A stretch of 55,488 nt of DNA. Source: a virus (taxonomy: Duplodnaviria > Caudoviricetes). A program made the translations under genes and the position numbers. A model generated the notes under the pieces. That model was not told the origin of the DNA and searched no databases. It saw only the letters and a list, made by a program, of their open reading frames with translations. Below, one piece after another: positions 8,720 to 16,173 of the stretch. The stretch's first letter is position 1; every line of letters begins with the position of its first letter. The DNA lies in IMG/VR virus record IMGVR_UViG_3300037586_002804, positions 1 to 55,488 of that record, one strand, 5' to 3'.

Positions 8720-9000
8720 TAGACGCTCCTTCGCTTTGAAACAAACTTTAAATCTTTCCGGAGGAATCCTATTTCGCTGGATAGGGCTCCATGGCGAGAC
8801 GCCGGTCCTTGCCCTATCCAATGCACTTTGTAAGAATCACAAACGGTTTTATATCTACGACATTCCTGAATCGCCGTCACCATTCCGACGAGTGTCTTGG
8901 CTTCGCCCGTTACTGCCTTGATGTAGCGAGGCGAATAGCGGCGGAGAGCGTGCGTGCTTATAGCATATTCTGATAACGTCACCAAATCACCGACTTTCAT
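8719..9000 (-). CDS. MKVGDLV-family mini-protein (array B)
   Basis: ATG at 9000 in junction repeat; VGMV...YKVHW...LKFVS. Confidence 0.8.
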   Translation of the reverse strand: MKVGDLVTLSEYAISTHALRRYSPRYIKAVTGEAKTLVGMVTAIQECRRYKTVCDSYKVHWIGQGPASRHGALSSEIGFLRKDLKFVSKRRSV

Positions 9001-9202
9001 TGAGTGCCTCACTGATCAGGATGAGATTATCTATTCTCGCATAGCCGTCGTCGATTCTGCCTGGGGTGGTGGCATCCACGCCGGGGGACATATACTTGAT
9101 CCAGACACCACCGGGATCCCATGTCTCGGTGCGAACCACGATAGCCATGCGATGTTTGTTCGTACACCACTTCTGAATCTTTACTAAATCGCCGACTTTC
9201 AT
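8987..9202 (-). CDS. MKVGDLV-family mini-protein (array B)
   Basis: Ends ISEALNESR*, 14-nt overlap with next gene. Confidence 0.8.
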   Translation of the reverse strand: MKVGDLVKIQKWCTNKHRMAIVVRTETWDPGGVWIKYMSPGVDATTPGRIDDGYARIDNLILISEALNESR

Positions 9203-9219
9203 TTCTTACTCCAGTACAT

Positions 9220-9248
9220 AAGATACCACATTGTAGAGACATTGTCAA
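9220..9248 (-). promoter_or_regulatory. sigma70-type promoter
   Basis: TTGACA-N17-TATCTT with extended TG. Confidence 0.65.
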
Positions 9249-9613
9249 GCATTATCTCCTCTTTCTTCAATAATTTCATTAAGCATCTCTTGTGCTGCTT
9301 CTTTTCTTTCGAAAAAGTCGTTCTTATTTATCAAATGTTTGATGAGCCACTTTACTTCAGAAGGGGAAAGCATCGTAAGATCACACGCTGACAGATAATC
9401 AAAGTGCATGTCTTCGAGAAGAGTGTCATCATATTTTCCACTACTCTCATAGGCTTCTCTCCAAACTTCCTCCTCCTCATGGAGATTATGTGGAGGCAGC
9501 ACTTCATCCATCACTTTGCCTATCAGTCTGCTCCAATCGGCATCGTCCCAGGTGCCTTGCTCAATGCGGCGTTGTTGTACTCTGTATTCATCTAAAAAAA
9601 CTAGCTTACCCAT
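9245..9613 (-). CDS. Hypothetical protein
   Basis: MGKLVFLDEYR N-terminus; operonic. Confidence 0.65.
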   Translation of the reverse strand: MGKLVFLDEYRVQQRRIEQGTWDDADWSRLIGKVMDEVLPPHNLHEEEEVWREAYESSGKYDDTLLEDMHFDYLSACDLTMLSPSEVKWLIKHLINKNDFFERKEAAQEMLNEIIEERGDNA

Positions 9614-9614
9614 C

Positions 9615-9845
9615 TCATTTTGCCTCTGATACTATTTCTAACTCGTCTTCATAAAACCAGCATGCCCTATTGCCCTCAATTGAACAAACATAATACATTG
9701 TATCTCCCGCGCCGAACCACGGACCCACTTGCGAGATGATGCCGATTGCTCCAATCTTGGTTGTAAACCACTCTTCCGAAGGAAAGTGGAAATAGAGTTG
9801 CTCTCCGCCGGTGAATCTAACCAAATCACCGACTTTCATTTTCAT
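9615..9845 (-). CDS. MKVGDLV-family mini-protein
   Basis: MKVGDLV...IGII...YYV...ELEIVSE. Confidence 0.8.
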   Translation of the reverse strand: MKMKVGDLVRFTGGEQLYFHFPSEEWFTTKIGAIGIISQVGPWFGAGDTMYYVCSIEGNRACWFYEDELEIVSEAK

Positions 9846-10029
9846 TCTTTACCTTACTTTCTCCGATCACTTCTAAAATAATGTTCCTTTCTTCTGTTTC
9901 CTTCTCAAGATCGAGCCAATACACTCTTGATCTCTCAGTTTCTCGAACAGATGCCTTTACTACGATTCCAATAGGATTTGGACTACTGCTTCCGATTGCC
10001 CTCACCAGATCTCCAACTCTTATCTTCAT
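9826..10029 (-). CDS. MKVGDLV-family mini-protein
   Basis: MKIRVGDLV...IGIVV...VYW...LEVI; ends NESR* in junction. Confidence 0.7.
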   Translation of the reverse strand: MKIRVGDLVRAIGSSSPNPIGIVVKASVRETERSRVYWLDLEKETEERNIILEVIGESKVKNENESR

Positions 10030-10058
10030 AATATAACAAGGAACGCTCATGCTGTCAA
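10030..10058 (-). promoter_or_regulatory. sigma70-type promoter
   Basis: TTGACA-N17-TATATT with extended TG. Confidence 0.65.
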
Positions 10059-10061
10059 CGA

Positions 10062-10343
10062 TTATTCGTCATCAGTATAAGAAAAGTTCTTGTCCTCCTC
10101 TAGAATTATGTTGTAGAAAGAAACACATGTTCTATAGCCAGCGAATCTCATTGGAACTTTTGGTCTAAGCTCTTCTGCAGCCTCTGGGGTTTCGACGAAC
10201 AGTTCAAGATATCCTCCGCCGTCGTCGGTTCCAATGCGGTAGTTAATCTTATTTCCAAGCACGGAGAGTCCAAATTCTTTCTTTGCAGACGCTATTGCTT
10301 GGCGAGCTTTTAGCTCTTGCCCTGTGTATCTCTTTGCCATCAA
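10062..10343 (-). CDS. Hypothetical protein
   Basis: SD AGGAG upstream. Confidence 0.6.
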   Translation of the reverse strand: MMAKRYTGQELKARQAIASAKKEFGLSVLGNKINYRIGTDDGGGYLELFVETPEAAEELRPKVPMRFAGYRTCVSFYNIILEEDKNFSYTDDE

Positions 10344-10383
10344 TCTCTTCTCCTAAAGTATATAGAGAGGAGAAACTCATAGA

Positions 10384-11964
10384 CTACTTTAGGCTGAAAT
10401 ATCTTTTCTCTTCGGCTTCTTCTTCTGGATATCCGCACTCTTCAATGGAGTCATCCTCGCTCTCTTCCAAGTCCATGTCCGCAACTTGATCCGTTCCAAA
10501 TCCGTGAACAATTTCCAATACTTCTTCAATGGAGTATCCCAAGTTCTGAACAAGGGAGTCTACTGCTGCAGTTAAGTTTTCGAGGGCGACGTTTTCTTCC
10601 GGCTGTCCTTGGAACTCCTGTTCCATTCCGAGATTCTCTCCAGATTCGTCCAATCCACGCTTTGGCTTCTTGTCGTTGTGAGGACCGAGCCCGCTTTTAT
10701 GCAAGCGTCTCTCTCCCTCTTCGTGATCAGGAACAGCGGTGACGGCAGCTTGTGGAGAATAACCTTTCTTTCTATTTTTGGTAAGCTCTTTCGCATGAGA
10801 TGACATATCATCGCGCTTGTAGGCTTTGTAGCCTTCTGCTGTTACGGCAGCAAGTTCTTCTTGAACGATTTGTGCAAGCTTGGATTTGGTGATTTTACCT
10901 TCCCAATATAGGCGTCCTTTCCTTTCGGCAGCCGATTTTTTGGCTGCGTGCATTGGCCAATCTAACTCAGTGCCTCCACCATTGATCCACCTATCTTTCT
11001 CGCGACTGTTTATTACACGCTCCCACTTGCCATGTGCGTCCTCTTGAGAACCCAATCCAGCATTTTTATACCACCATTCCTTGGCGAACTTTCTTTTATC
11101 TCTTAGTTGTATTTCCGCTTGTCGCTTGGCAAAATGCGCTCTTTGCTTGGCACCCGCTTTCCAACGCTTGTCAGCCGCTGCTTGTTTTTTCATCTCAGCA
11201 GCCTGCGCCAACTTTCTCGCGTCTTTGGATGCCTGTGCGATTGCTGATCCAACTGCGCGGGTTGATTCCAATGCATCTTCCCACCGTTTCGTTGCCATAG
11301 CTAACTTATCCTTCTTGTGACGATTATGTACGTAGTATTCCATCCTCTTGGTAGCATCTTTTAGGGCGTCGATCTCGCTGTCTGCTTTTGCCTTGACTTT
11401 GCCTGATTGATCGGCTGCCATGAAGAGTGCGGATTTGATTGCTCGTTGAGCCGTCTCTTCCATCCAATCCAATTCTTCTATGGGCATCTTTCCACCAAAG
11501 AATGGAAGGTATATTTCATTTGTCGCTACAGCAGTTGTAGCTTCAAGTTCTTCTTGAACGATTTGTGCAAGCTTGGATTTGGTGATTTTCATTTTGTTTG
11601 TTCCTTCGCTGTATGTAGCTTCAAAGTCAAGTTCTGCTTCGGATGCTTCTATATCTGCATCCGTCTCGGGCTCGGGTGGGCGGTTGAGTTTGCGATCAGC
11701 GACATTCTGCTTTAGCCTATCCATTTCGTTTTGCCAGCCTTTGTTGTATGCGTCCTCTTCTTCTTGGGTTTCCTCGGTTGTGTCAATCTGCAATACTTTG
11801 CCACCCGCTTGTATGCGTGCAAAGTCGTCTTGAGCGGCTGCTATGCCTCTTTCTTTGGCATCTTTCACTGCTGATAGGGCACCTACGAGCCCAAAGCCTT
11901 CCGTCATTGTGTTGCTTAGTTCTTCTTGGACGATTTGAGTTAGTTGTGTTTTAGTGATTTTCAT
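10384..11964 (-). CDS. 526-aa protein built of three KITK-x-x-L-x-QIVQEEL-led modules (putative virion-internal polyprotein)
   Basis: Start revised to ATG 11964, 1 nt after upstream stop; motif recurs at 11592 and 10896. Confidence 0.75.
   Translation of the reverse strand: MKITKTQLTQIVQEELSNTMTEGFGLVGALSAVKDAKERGIAAAQDDFARIQAGGKVLQIDTTEETQEEEDAYNKGWQNEMDRLKQNVADRKLNRPPEPETDADIEASEAELDFEATYSEGTNKMKITKSKLAQIVQEELEATTAVATNEIYLPFFGGKMPIEELDWMEETAQRAIKSALFMAADQSGKVKAKADSEIDALKDATKRMEYYVHNRHKKDKLAMATKRWEDALESTRAVGSAIAQASKDARKLAQAAEMKKQAAADKRWKAGAKQRAHFAKRQAEIQLRDKRKFAKEWWYKNAGLGSQEDAHGKWERVINSREKDRWINGGGTELDWPMHAAKKSAAERKGRLYWEGKITKSKLAQIVQEELAAVTAEGYKAYKRDDMSSHAKELTKNRKKGYSPQAAVTAVPDHEEGERRLHKSGLGPHNDKKPKRGLDESGENLGMEQEFQGQPEENVALENLTAAVDSLVQNLGYSIEEVLEIVHGFGTDQVADMDLEESEDDSIEECGYPEEEAEEKRYFSLK
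10851..11589. repeat. 46-bp identical direct repeat (10851-10896 and 11544-11589) encoding KITKSKLAQIVQEEL
   Basis: caagttcttcttgaacgatttgtgcaagcttggatttggtgatttt occurs twice. Confidence 0.92.
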
Positions 11965-11965
11965 T

Positions 11966-12226
11966 TTAGGAATGCCCCATTTCGTAGTCACGTTCGGCAT
12001 CTGCATCGGCGTCATCTCGACCGGCTTGGTAGCCAGCGTCATAATCATCGCCAACATCAGAAGCAGCAGGCTCGCCATACTTGCCATCCTGATAACCGCG
12101 TTGGTATTCCTTCGAAGTAGCTTTTGATCCAAGTCCAACACCGGCATGGCGAGTGCCGTATTCCTTGAGAACGGCTGTGAACTCTTCTTGGACTATTTGA
12201 GCAAGTTTTGATTTGGTGATTTTCAT
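11966..12226 (-). CDS. MKITK-leader small acidic protein
   Basis: MKITKSKLAQIVQEEF; SD AGGAG; Y-x-x-GY repeats. Confidence 0.75.
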   Translation of the reverse strand: MKITKSKLAQIVQEEFTAVLKEYGTRHAGVGLGSKATSKEYQRGYQDGKYGEPAASDVGDDYDAGYQAGRDDADADAERDYEMGHS

Positions 12227-12236
12227 CGGGGTTCTC

Positions 12237-12473
12237 CTATGCCAACTTAGCCATAGATTTTAAGTTTAAGCCTTTTTCAGCAAGTGCTCTAAACAATATT
12301 AGATATGTATCTGTCATATCTGGGTTTGAACGTTCCATCTCGTATACGGCTTCAGTTAATTGGCCACAAAGTTCTGTGACTTTTTGTTGTTCGGGAGTTA
12401 GCTCTGAGCCGCCGAAGAACTGGTTTAATTCTTCTTTGATGAGTTGAGTTAGTTGTGTTTTTGTGATTTTCAT
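12237..12473 (-). CDS. MKITK-leader small protein
   Basis: MKITKTQLTQLIKEEL. Confidence 0.75.
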   Translation of the reverse strand: MKITKTQLTQLIKEELNQFFGGSELTPEQQKVTELCGQLTEAVYEMERSNPDMTDTYLILFRALAEKGLNLKSMAKLA

Positions 12474-12520
12474 TGTAGTCCCCGAAAGAAAAAACAGGCA
12501 ATGAGAATCATCACCTGCTT

Positions 12521-12528
12521 ATAAATAG
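12521..12528 (-). promoter_or_regulatory. Candidate late promoter motif CTATTTAT
   Basis: Recurs upstream of leader-bearing genes (15953, 29227, 34609, 37253). Confidence 0.5.
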
Positions 12529-12569
12529 TTGCGAGACAGACTAACTGCCTTGCTTTATTCAACAATATG

Positions 12570-12905
12570 TCATCGAGCGTAAACAACTCCATAGGGAGTT
12601 ACGGAGTTTAATCCATTGCTGGAGTCATTAACATATCCTCGGACTGCAGATGGTCCTTTTGTGAAGGGAGCATCCCAGTTCGACGCCTTCAAAATTGCAC
12701 CGTCAGACTTGCGGACAAATCCGAAGACGGCGCGGCTTCTGTGGCTATATCGGACAACCTTCCAATACTTCCTGCCGGGATTAACTTCTATTTCAACTCT
12801 ATCCAGTGTTGGGAAGTTCTCGCTCTGATATTTATCAACTAACTTCTGAACTCCGGCGACAAATGTTTCGAATGCGAATTCAATTTCTTCTTTTGAGCGC
12901 TCCAC
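12570..12905 (-). CDS. Conserved phage hypothetical protein
   Basis: GRKYWKVV...VFGFV...GAILKA.NW.AP...VRG motif; GTG start with AAGGAG SD. Confidence 0.7.
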   Translation of the reverse strand: MERSKEEIEFAFETFVAGVQKLVDKYQSENFPTLDRVEIEVNPGRKYWKVVRYSHRSRAVFGFVRKSDGAILKASNWDAPFTKGPSAVRGYVNDSSNGLNSVTPYGVVYAR

Positions 12906-12915
12906 TACATTCTCC

Positions 12916-13128
12916 TTACAGCAGAACTTCTGCTGGTTCATCTTCAGGTGGACTCTTGATGATGAGTTGCCCTTCTTCAATCATCGCAACTGTAGTACGT
13001 CCGAAAAAGCCCTGAAGGTTCCAGCAAAGACCGGTGTCCAGCAAGTACTGCCATGCTTCGATAACCTGTTCTTCGCCGTCTGATTCGATAAAACCTTCTG
13101 CGAGTCCGATTGCTTTCATTGGATCCAT
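12916..13128 (-). CDS. Conserved phage hypothetical protein
   Basis: AWQYLLDTGLCWNLQGFFGRT motif. Confidence 0.7.
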   Translation of the reverse strand: MDPMKAIGLAEGFIESDGEEQVIEAWQYLLDTGLCWNLQGFFGRTTVAMIEEGQLIIKSPPEDEPAEVLL

Positions 13129-13334
13129 TGTTTAGCTCCTTTGCTAATAATAATTAAATTGTCTTCCCATTCGCAACACTGTGTGATTCGTCCCCTGTTG
13201 TCAGGGCTTGTCCAAAACCATGTTACAACCCAGGCGTCTGGCGTCGTACTGTAGTTTGGATCCTTGCCAAGAACAATGCCAAAACAGTCATCGTTTTCCC
13301 AATCTGTTCCCCTTACCATATCACCGGCTTTCAC
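13116..13334 (-). CDS. MKAGDMV-family mini-protein (array C)
   Basis: GTG start in junction GGAGGTGATCAGTGAAAGCCGGTGATATG. Confidence 0.8.
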   Translation of the reverse strand: MKAGDMVRGTDWENDDCFGIVLGKDPNYSTTPDAWVVTWFWTSPDNRGRITQCCEWEDNLIIISKGAKQWIQ

Positions 13335-13497
13335 TGATCACCTCCAGTCCGTCTTGACCGATGACACGAATCACGCTGCCGAAGAGAACTTCCCAGCACT
13401 TTATCATGCGAGGGTATCGACGAATAATCATGCCAACTTCGCCGACTTCCCCCTTCGGGCCAAAACATGTTGTCTTTACCAAATCACCGACTTTCAC
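13321..13497 (-). CDS. MKVGDLV-family mini-protein (array C), 58 aa, absent from the ORF track
   Basis: Manual translation: MKVGDLVKTTCFGPKGEVGEVGMIIRRYPRMIKCWEVLFGSVIRVIGQDGLEVISESR*. Confidence 0.8.
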   Translation of the reverse strand: MKVGDLVKTTCFGPKGEVGEVGMIIRRYPRMIKCWEVLFGSVIRVIGQDGLEVISESR

Positions 13498-13696
13498 TAA
13501 TCACCTCCACCCTGGAAGCCAGAAGCCACTCTGGTGCAGACTCTGTTTTTCCATTAGACCATTTTACTATAAGCCACAGCCTTTTGTAGCCCGGTGTTCC
13601 CATCATCTCAGCACAGGTAACAAGACCATACCCTTTGAACTCGCTCTTGTCTCTCTCACGCGGGTTACACCATGTAATCAAATCACCGACTTTCAC
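13484..13696 (-). CDS. MKVGDLI-family mini-protein (array C)
   Basis: GTG at 13696; ends VEVISESR*. Confidence 0.8.
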   Translation of the reverse strand: MKVGDLITWCNPRERDKSEFKGYGLVTCAEMMGTPGYKRLWLIVKWSNGKTESAPEWLLASRVEVISESR

Positions 13697-13889
13697 TGAG
13701 CACCTCGCATGATTGTTCGATTTGCCTTCCAAGCTCAAGATACCTGCCGTCGATAAAAACTCTCCAGTCGTATTCCAGCCTGTCGTTTCTCGGCAACTTC
13801 TCAACTAAGAGGGCAGCGCTTGATTGCAACTTCCAGTGGTTGCGACAACCGCTTCCTATTTCTATCAGATCACCGACTTGCATTTTCAA
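13683..13889 (-). CDS. MQVGDLI-family mini-protein (array C)
   Basis: Ends EVLSESR*. Confidence 0.8.
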   Translation of the reverse strand: MKMQVGDLIEIGSGCRNHWKLQSSAALLVEKLPRNDRLEYDWRVFIDGRYLELGRQIEQSCEVLSESR

Positions 13890-14077
13890 CTCAACACCTC
13901 CACAGCGCTCGGGCGCACATCAATATAAGTTTTGCCTGTTGACAAGCACAGCAACTTCAAACGCGGTGCTGGGTTACGATACATTTCAAGAAGATGAAAC
14001 AGCCCACAAAGCGGCGGGTTGGTGCCCGGTGCTGGTTGAACTGTTTGGCGCATATTTACTAAATCACCGACTTTCAT
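13886..14077 (-). CDS. MKVGDLV-family mini-protein (array C)
   Basis: ATG at 14077 in junction; ends VEVLS*. Confidence 0.8.
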   Translation of the reverse strand: MKVGDLVNMRQTVQPAPGTNPPLCGLFHLLEMYRNPAPRLKLLCLSTGKTYIDVRPSAVEVLS

Positions 14078-14249
14078 TGAGCACCTCAATATGCTTATCC
14101 CACATGAGGTGGGTAAAGCCATTGCCCCAAAGCACCCACCAGTGACCCGCTACCGTCTCGGATGCCCGGAGAATCACGCCGGGGGTGCCGCCGTAAAGAA
14201 TCCAATCGGGATCTTTTTCCACTTCTCTTACCAAATTGCCGGGTTTCAT
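14064..14249 (-). CDS. MKPGNLV-family mini-protein, first gene of array C
   Basis: SD AAGGAG; ends IEVLNESR*. Confidence 0.8.
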   Translation of the reverse strand: MKPGNLVREVEKDPDWILYGGTPGVILRASETVAGHWWVLWGNGFTHLMWDKHIEVLNESR

Positions 14250-14271
14250 AGTAACTCCTTATTACATATAT

Positions 14272-14326
14272 AATGTAACATGGAGTATGAGCCTTGTCTA
14301 TGTAAATGTTGTCAAATAGATGTCAA
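14272..14326 (-). promoter_or_regulatory. Promoter of array C with upstream tandem TTGACA-N5-TTGACA
   Basis: TTGACA TCTAT TTGACA-N9-TAGACA-N17-TACATT. Confidence 0.65.
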
Positions 14327-14328
14327 GT

Positions 14329-14553
14329 CTATTTGGGTGCGCTCCTCTTAATTACTTCAATAATTTCGCATTGATACACTGGAACGATATTTGACCGTCC
14401 TGCGAAGAGCACATCATATTCTGAATCCTGGGGTGAATCTGATGTTATTCCCCACTCATCCCTTCCTTCTCGGACATTGACAATGAGTCCAACATAGCCG
14501 TAAGCCCAAGTGAGTCCGCCGAAGTCAACTTTGACAAGATCACCGACGTTCAT
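14329..14553 (-). CDS. MNVGDLV-family mini-protein
   Basis: VGLIV...YDVLF...IEVI; 14-nt overlap with upstream gene. Confidence 0.8.
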   Translation of the reverse strand: MNVGDLVKVDFGGLTWAYGYVGLIVNVREGRDEWGITSDSPQDSEYDVLFAGRSNIVPVYQCEIIEVIKRSAPK

Positions 14554-14743
14554 GCTTTTGGCGCTCTTTGACAGAAAGATTTACGACACGGAATCCCTTG
14601 CCTGCGCCGATCCACTCAACCTCATCCCCATCTTGCCAGCCAAGCTCAGACAGTAGCTTCTGTTCCAGCGGAATGTAGACGCTGCCGTCTTCTCGTTCCT
14701 TGAGTTCCAAGCGATAGTGGCGAGATGTGATTTGTTTTTTCAT
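14540..14743 (-). CDS. AbrB/MazE-like DNA-binding domain protein
   Basis: DGSVYIPL...LSELGWQDGDEVEW pattern. Confidence 0.65.
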   Translation of the reverse strand: MKKQITSRHYRLELKEREDGSVYIPLEQKLLSELGWQDGDEVEWIGAGKGFRVVNLSVKERQKHERR

Positions 14744-14820
14744 ATTGTATTGCACTCTTGTGTTTGTGAGATTTATATTATAACATGGATTGCTTATTTT
14801 TTAAGCTATTGGTTAAAACT

Positions 14821-15282
14821 TTATGACTGAATTGGCAGTGCTCCGAGCATTGCAGAGATTGCCGGGGCGTCATTCATCCTATGGCAGTCTCCCACTTCGA
14901 TGAACTTAGTGCCAGGAAGGGAATTTGACAAATGGATGCTATCCGACACCGGGACAACCTCATCGTTCACAGAGTGCAATATCGTTGTCGAGCCTTTCGG
15001 CTCTGGACGAGTACTTGCTCCAAACTTTCTCCACGCTGGGGCAATGAGCACCAGGGGAACCGTTCCTGTATCGATGTTTAGCGCGATGGCTCCGCCCCGA
15101 GAAGAAGCAACAATCACATCGGGCTGAATTCGGCTGATCATTTCAGCGGCAATGGAAAGAGACTTGTCCCAGTCATCTTTGGGGAGTGCTGGTGCGAAAA
15201 CATGATGCCCAGCTTTTTGAAGCTCTTTTCGCTTACTACTGTTGGGACTCGATAGTCTGCCATGCAAATAGACGATATTCAC
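14821..15282 (-). CDS. Alpha/beta hydrolase (YqiA-like esterase)
   Basis: YLHG..SSPNS, ASSRGG nucleophile elbow, LIAPA, HS.NDEVVP, catalytic His near the C-terminus. Confidence 0.82.
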   Translation of the reverse strand: MNIVYLHGRLSSPNSSKRKELQKAGHHVFAPALPKDDWDKSLSIAAEMISRIQPDVIVASSRGGAIALNIDTGTVPLVLIAPAWRKFGASTRPEPKGSTTILHSVNDEVVPVSDSIHLSNSLPGTKFIEVGDCHRMNDAPAISAMLGALPIQS

Positions 15283-15314
15283 TATGTCTCCACCTATCTC
15301 GGAAGTTCATATGT

Positions 15315-15343
15315 AATATAACACACTCAGCGAGGATTGCCAA
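15315..15343 (-). promoter_or_regulatory. sigma70-type promoter
   Basis: TTGGCA-N17-TATATT with extended TG. Confidence 0.6.
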
Positions 15344-15947
15344 GCATTATTTTTAAAATTCCCTTCTTTCCGCCGATTTCTCTTGTATACCATCCATTTC
15401 TGTCTGGATATTTCCCTTCAGGATGTGCGCCGAGCCAGTTGATGTCCTTTCCAAGGATTTTTCGCACCTTTTCAGGATCTTCAACCGATGGAACATCATA
15501 TTTTGTCATCATGATGTGCGCAATCGCCTTTGACATCTCGGCATAATACCCAGGAGTCTTCAGCATATCTGCCGTCTTATCCTTGTATGCAGCTTTCGCT
15601 GAGCGAGTCCCATCATGTCCTGATGCTGTGAGTTTCTTACCAGATGGCTTCGTCTTCGCAACTCGAAGAGCATCCGGTTCGTCGTCATCGTCCATATCTA
15701 CTGCCATCCATATATCGGACTTGCCGGGGACATCCTCCGAAGACTTGAAAGAAAAGTTTCCACCAATATCTTTATAGGCATTGTGAATAAGGGAGTATAT
15801 CTCATCCGTCAAATCAACGTTGTCAGGTTCTCTTGAACTTTCGATATCATTCTTCGATACCTGAATCCACTTTCCCTTGGGGACATCTAAGTCTTCCCAC
15901 TTTGTTTCATTGACGAACTTACGCCACTCGGTTAACAATTCTTTCAT
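15327..15947 (-). CDS. Protein with MKELLTEWRKFVNE leader (putative virion-internal)
   Basis: Leader similar to 25745..26818; CTATTTAT motif 5 nt upstream of ATG. Confidence 0.7.
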   Translation of the reverse strand: MKELLTEWRKFVNETKWEDLDVPKGKWIQVSKNDIESSREPDNVDLTDEIYSLIHNAYKDIGGNFSFKSSEDVPGKSDIWMAVDMDDDDEPDALRVAKTKPSGKKLTASGHDGTRSAKAAYKDKTADMLKTPGYYAEMSKAIAHIMMTKYDVPSVEDPEKVRKILGKDINWLGAHPEGKYPDRNGWYTREIGGKKGILKIMLGNPR

Positions 15948-15994
15948 GTCTTATAAATAGTTATCAACTACTAAATTTATTCTTGCAAGATGAA

Positions 15995-16117
15995 TTAACA
16001 GGCGCAGGTGACGAAATAGTGCCACCCAAAGAATGCGAGGGCTGCCCAACCTGCAATATCTGCGGCAATGATAAGGCAATAAAGGTTGGGCGAGAAGCCA
16101 GGAAAACTACGATACAT
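15995..16117 (-). CDS. 40-aa membrane peptide, absent from the ORF track
   Basis: MYRSFPGFSPNLYCLIIAADIAGWAALAFFGWHYFVTCAC*; SD AAGGAG and own promoter. Confidence 0.7.
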   Translation of the reverse strand: MYRSFPGFSPNLYCLIIAADIAGWAALAFFGWHYFVTCAC

Positions 16118-16144
16118 AACAAACTCCTTGTTTATTCTGTTGAC

Positions 16145-16173
16145 ATTATAGCACAGAGAGTGCCAAGAGTCAA
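16145..16173 (-). promoter_or_regulatory. Strong sigma70-type promoter
   Basis: TTGACT-N17-TATAAT with extended TG. Confidence 0.75.

Larger units (their letters stand above)
13318..14090 (-). repeat. Array C junction repeats (same consensus as array A)
   Basis: Copies at starts 13334, 13497, 13696, 13883, 14077; 13481-13509 identical to 826-854. Confidence 0.9.

Noticed and set aside
11965-12147. Hydrophobic 'signal peptide' at the start of the 587-aa ORF call
   Set aside because: This extension overlaps gene 11966..12226 in another frame; the real start is the MKITK ATG at 11964.
226-14553. Integron or diversity-generating retroelement as the explanation for the arrays
   Set aside because: No integrase or reverse transcriptase in the window, no attC-like palindromes, and no template/variable repeat pair with adenine-specific differences. 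An enzyme encoded outside the window cannot be excluded.
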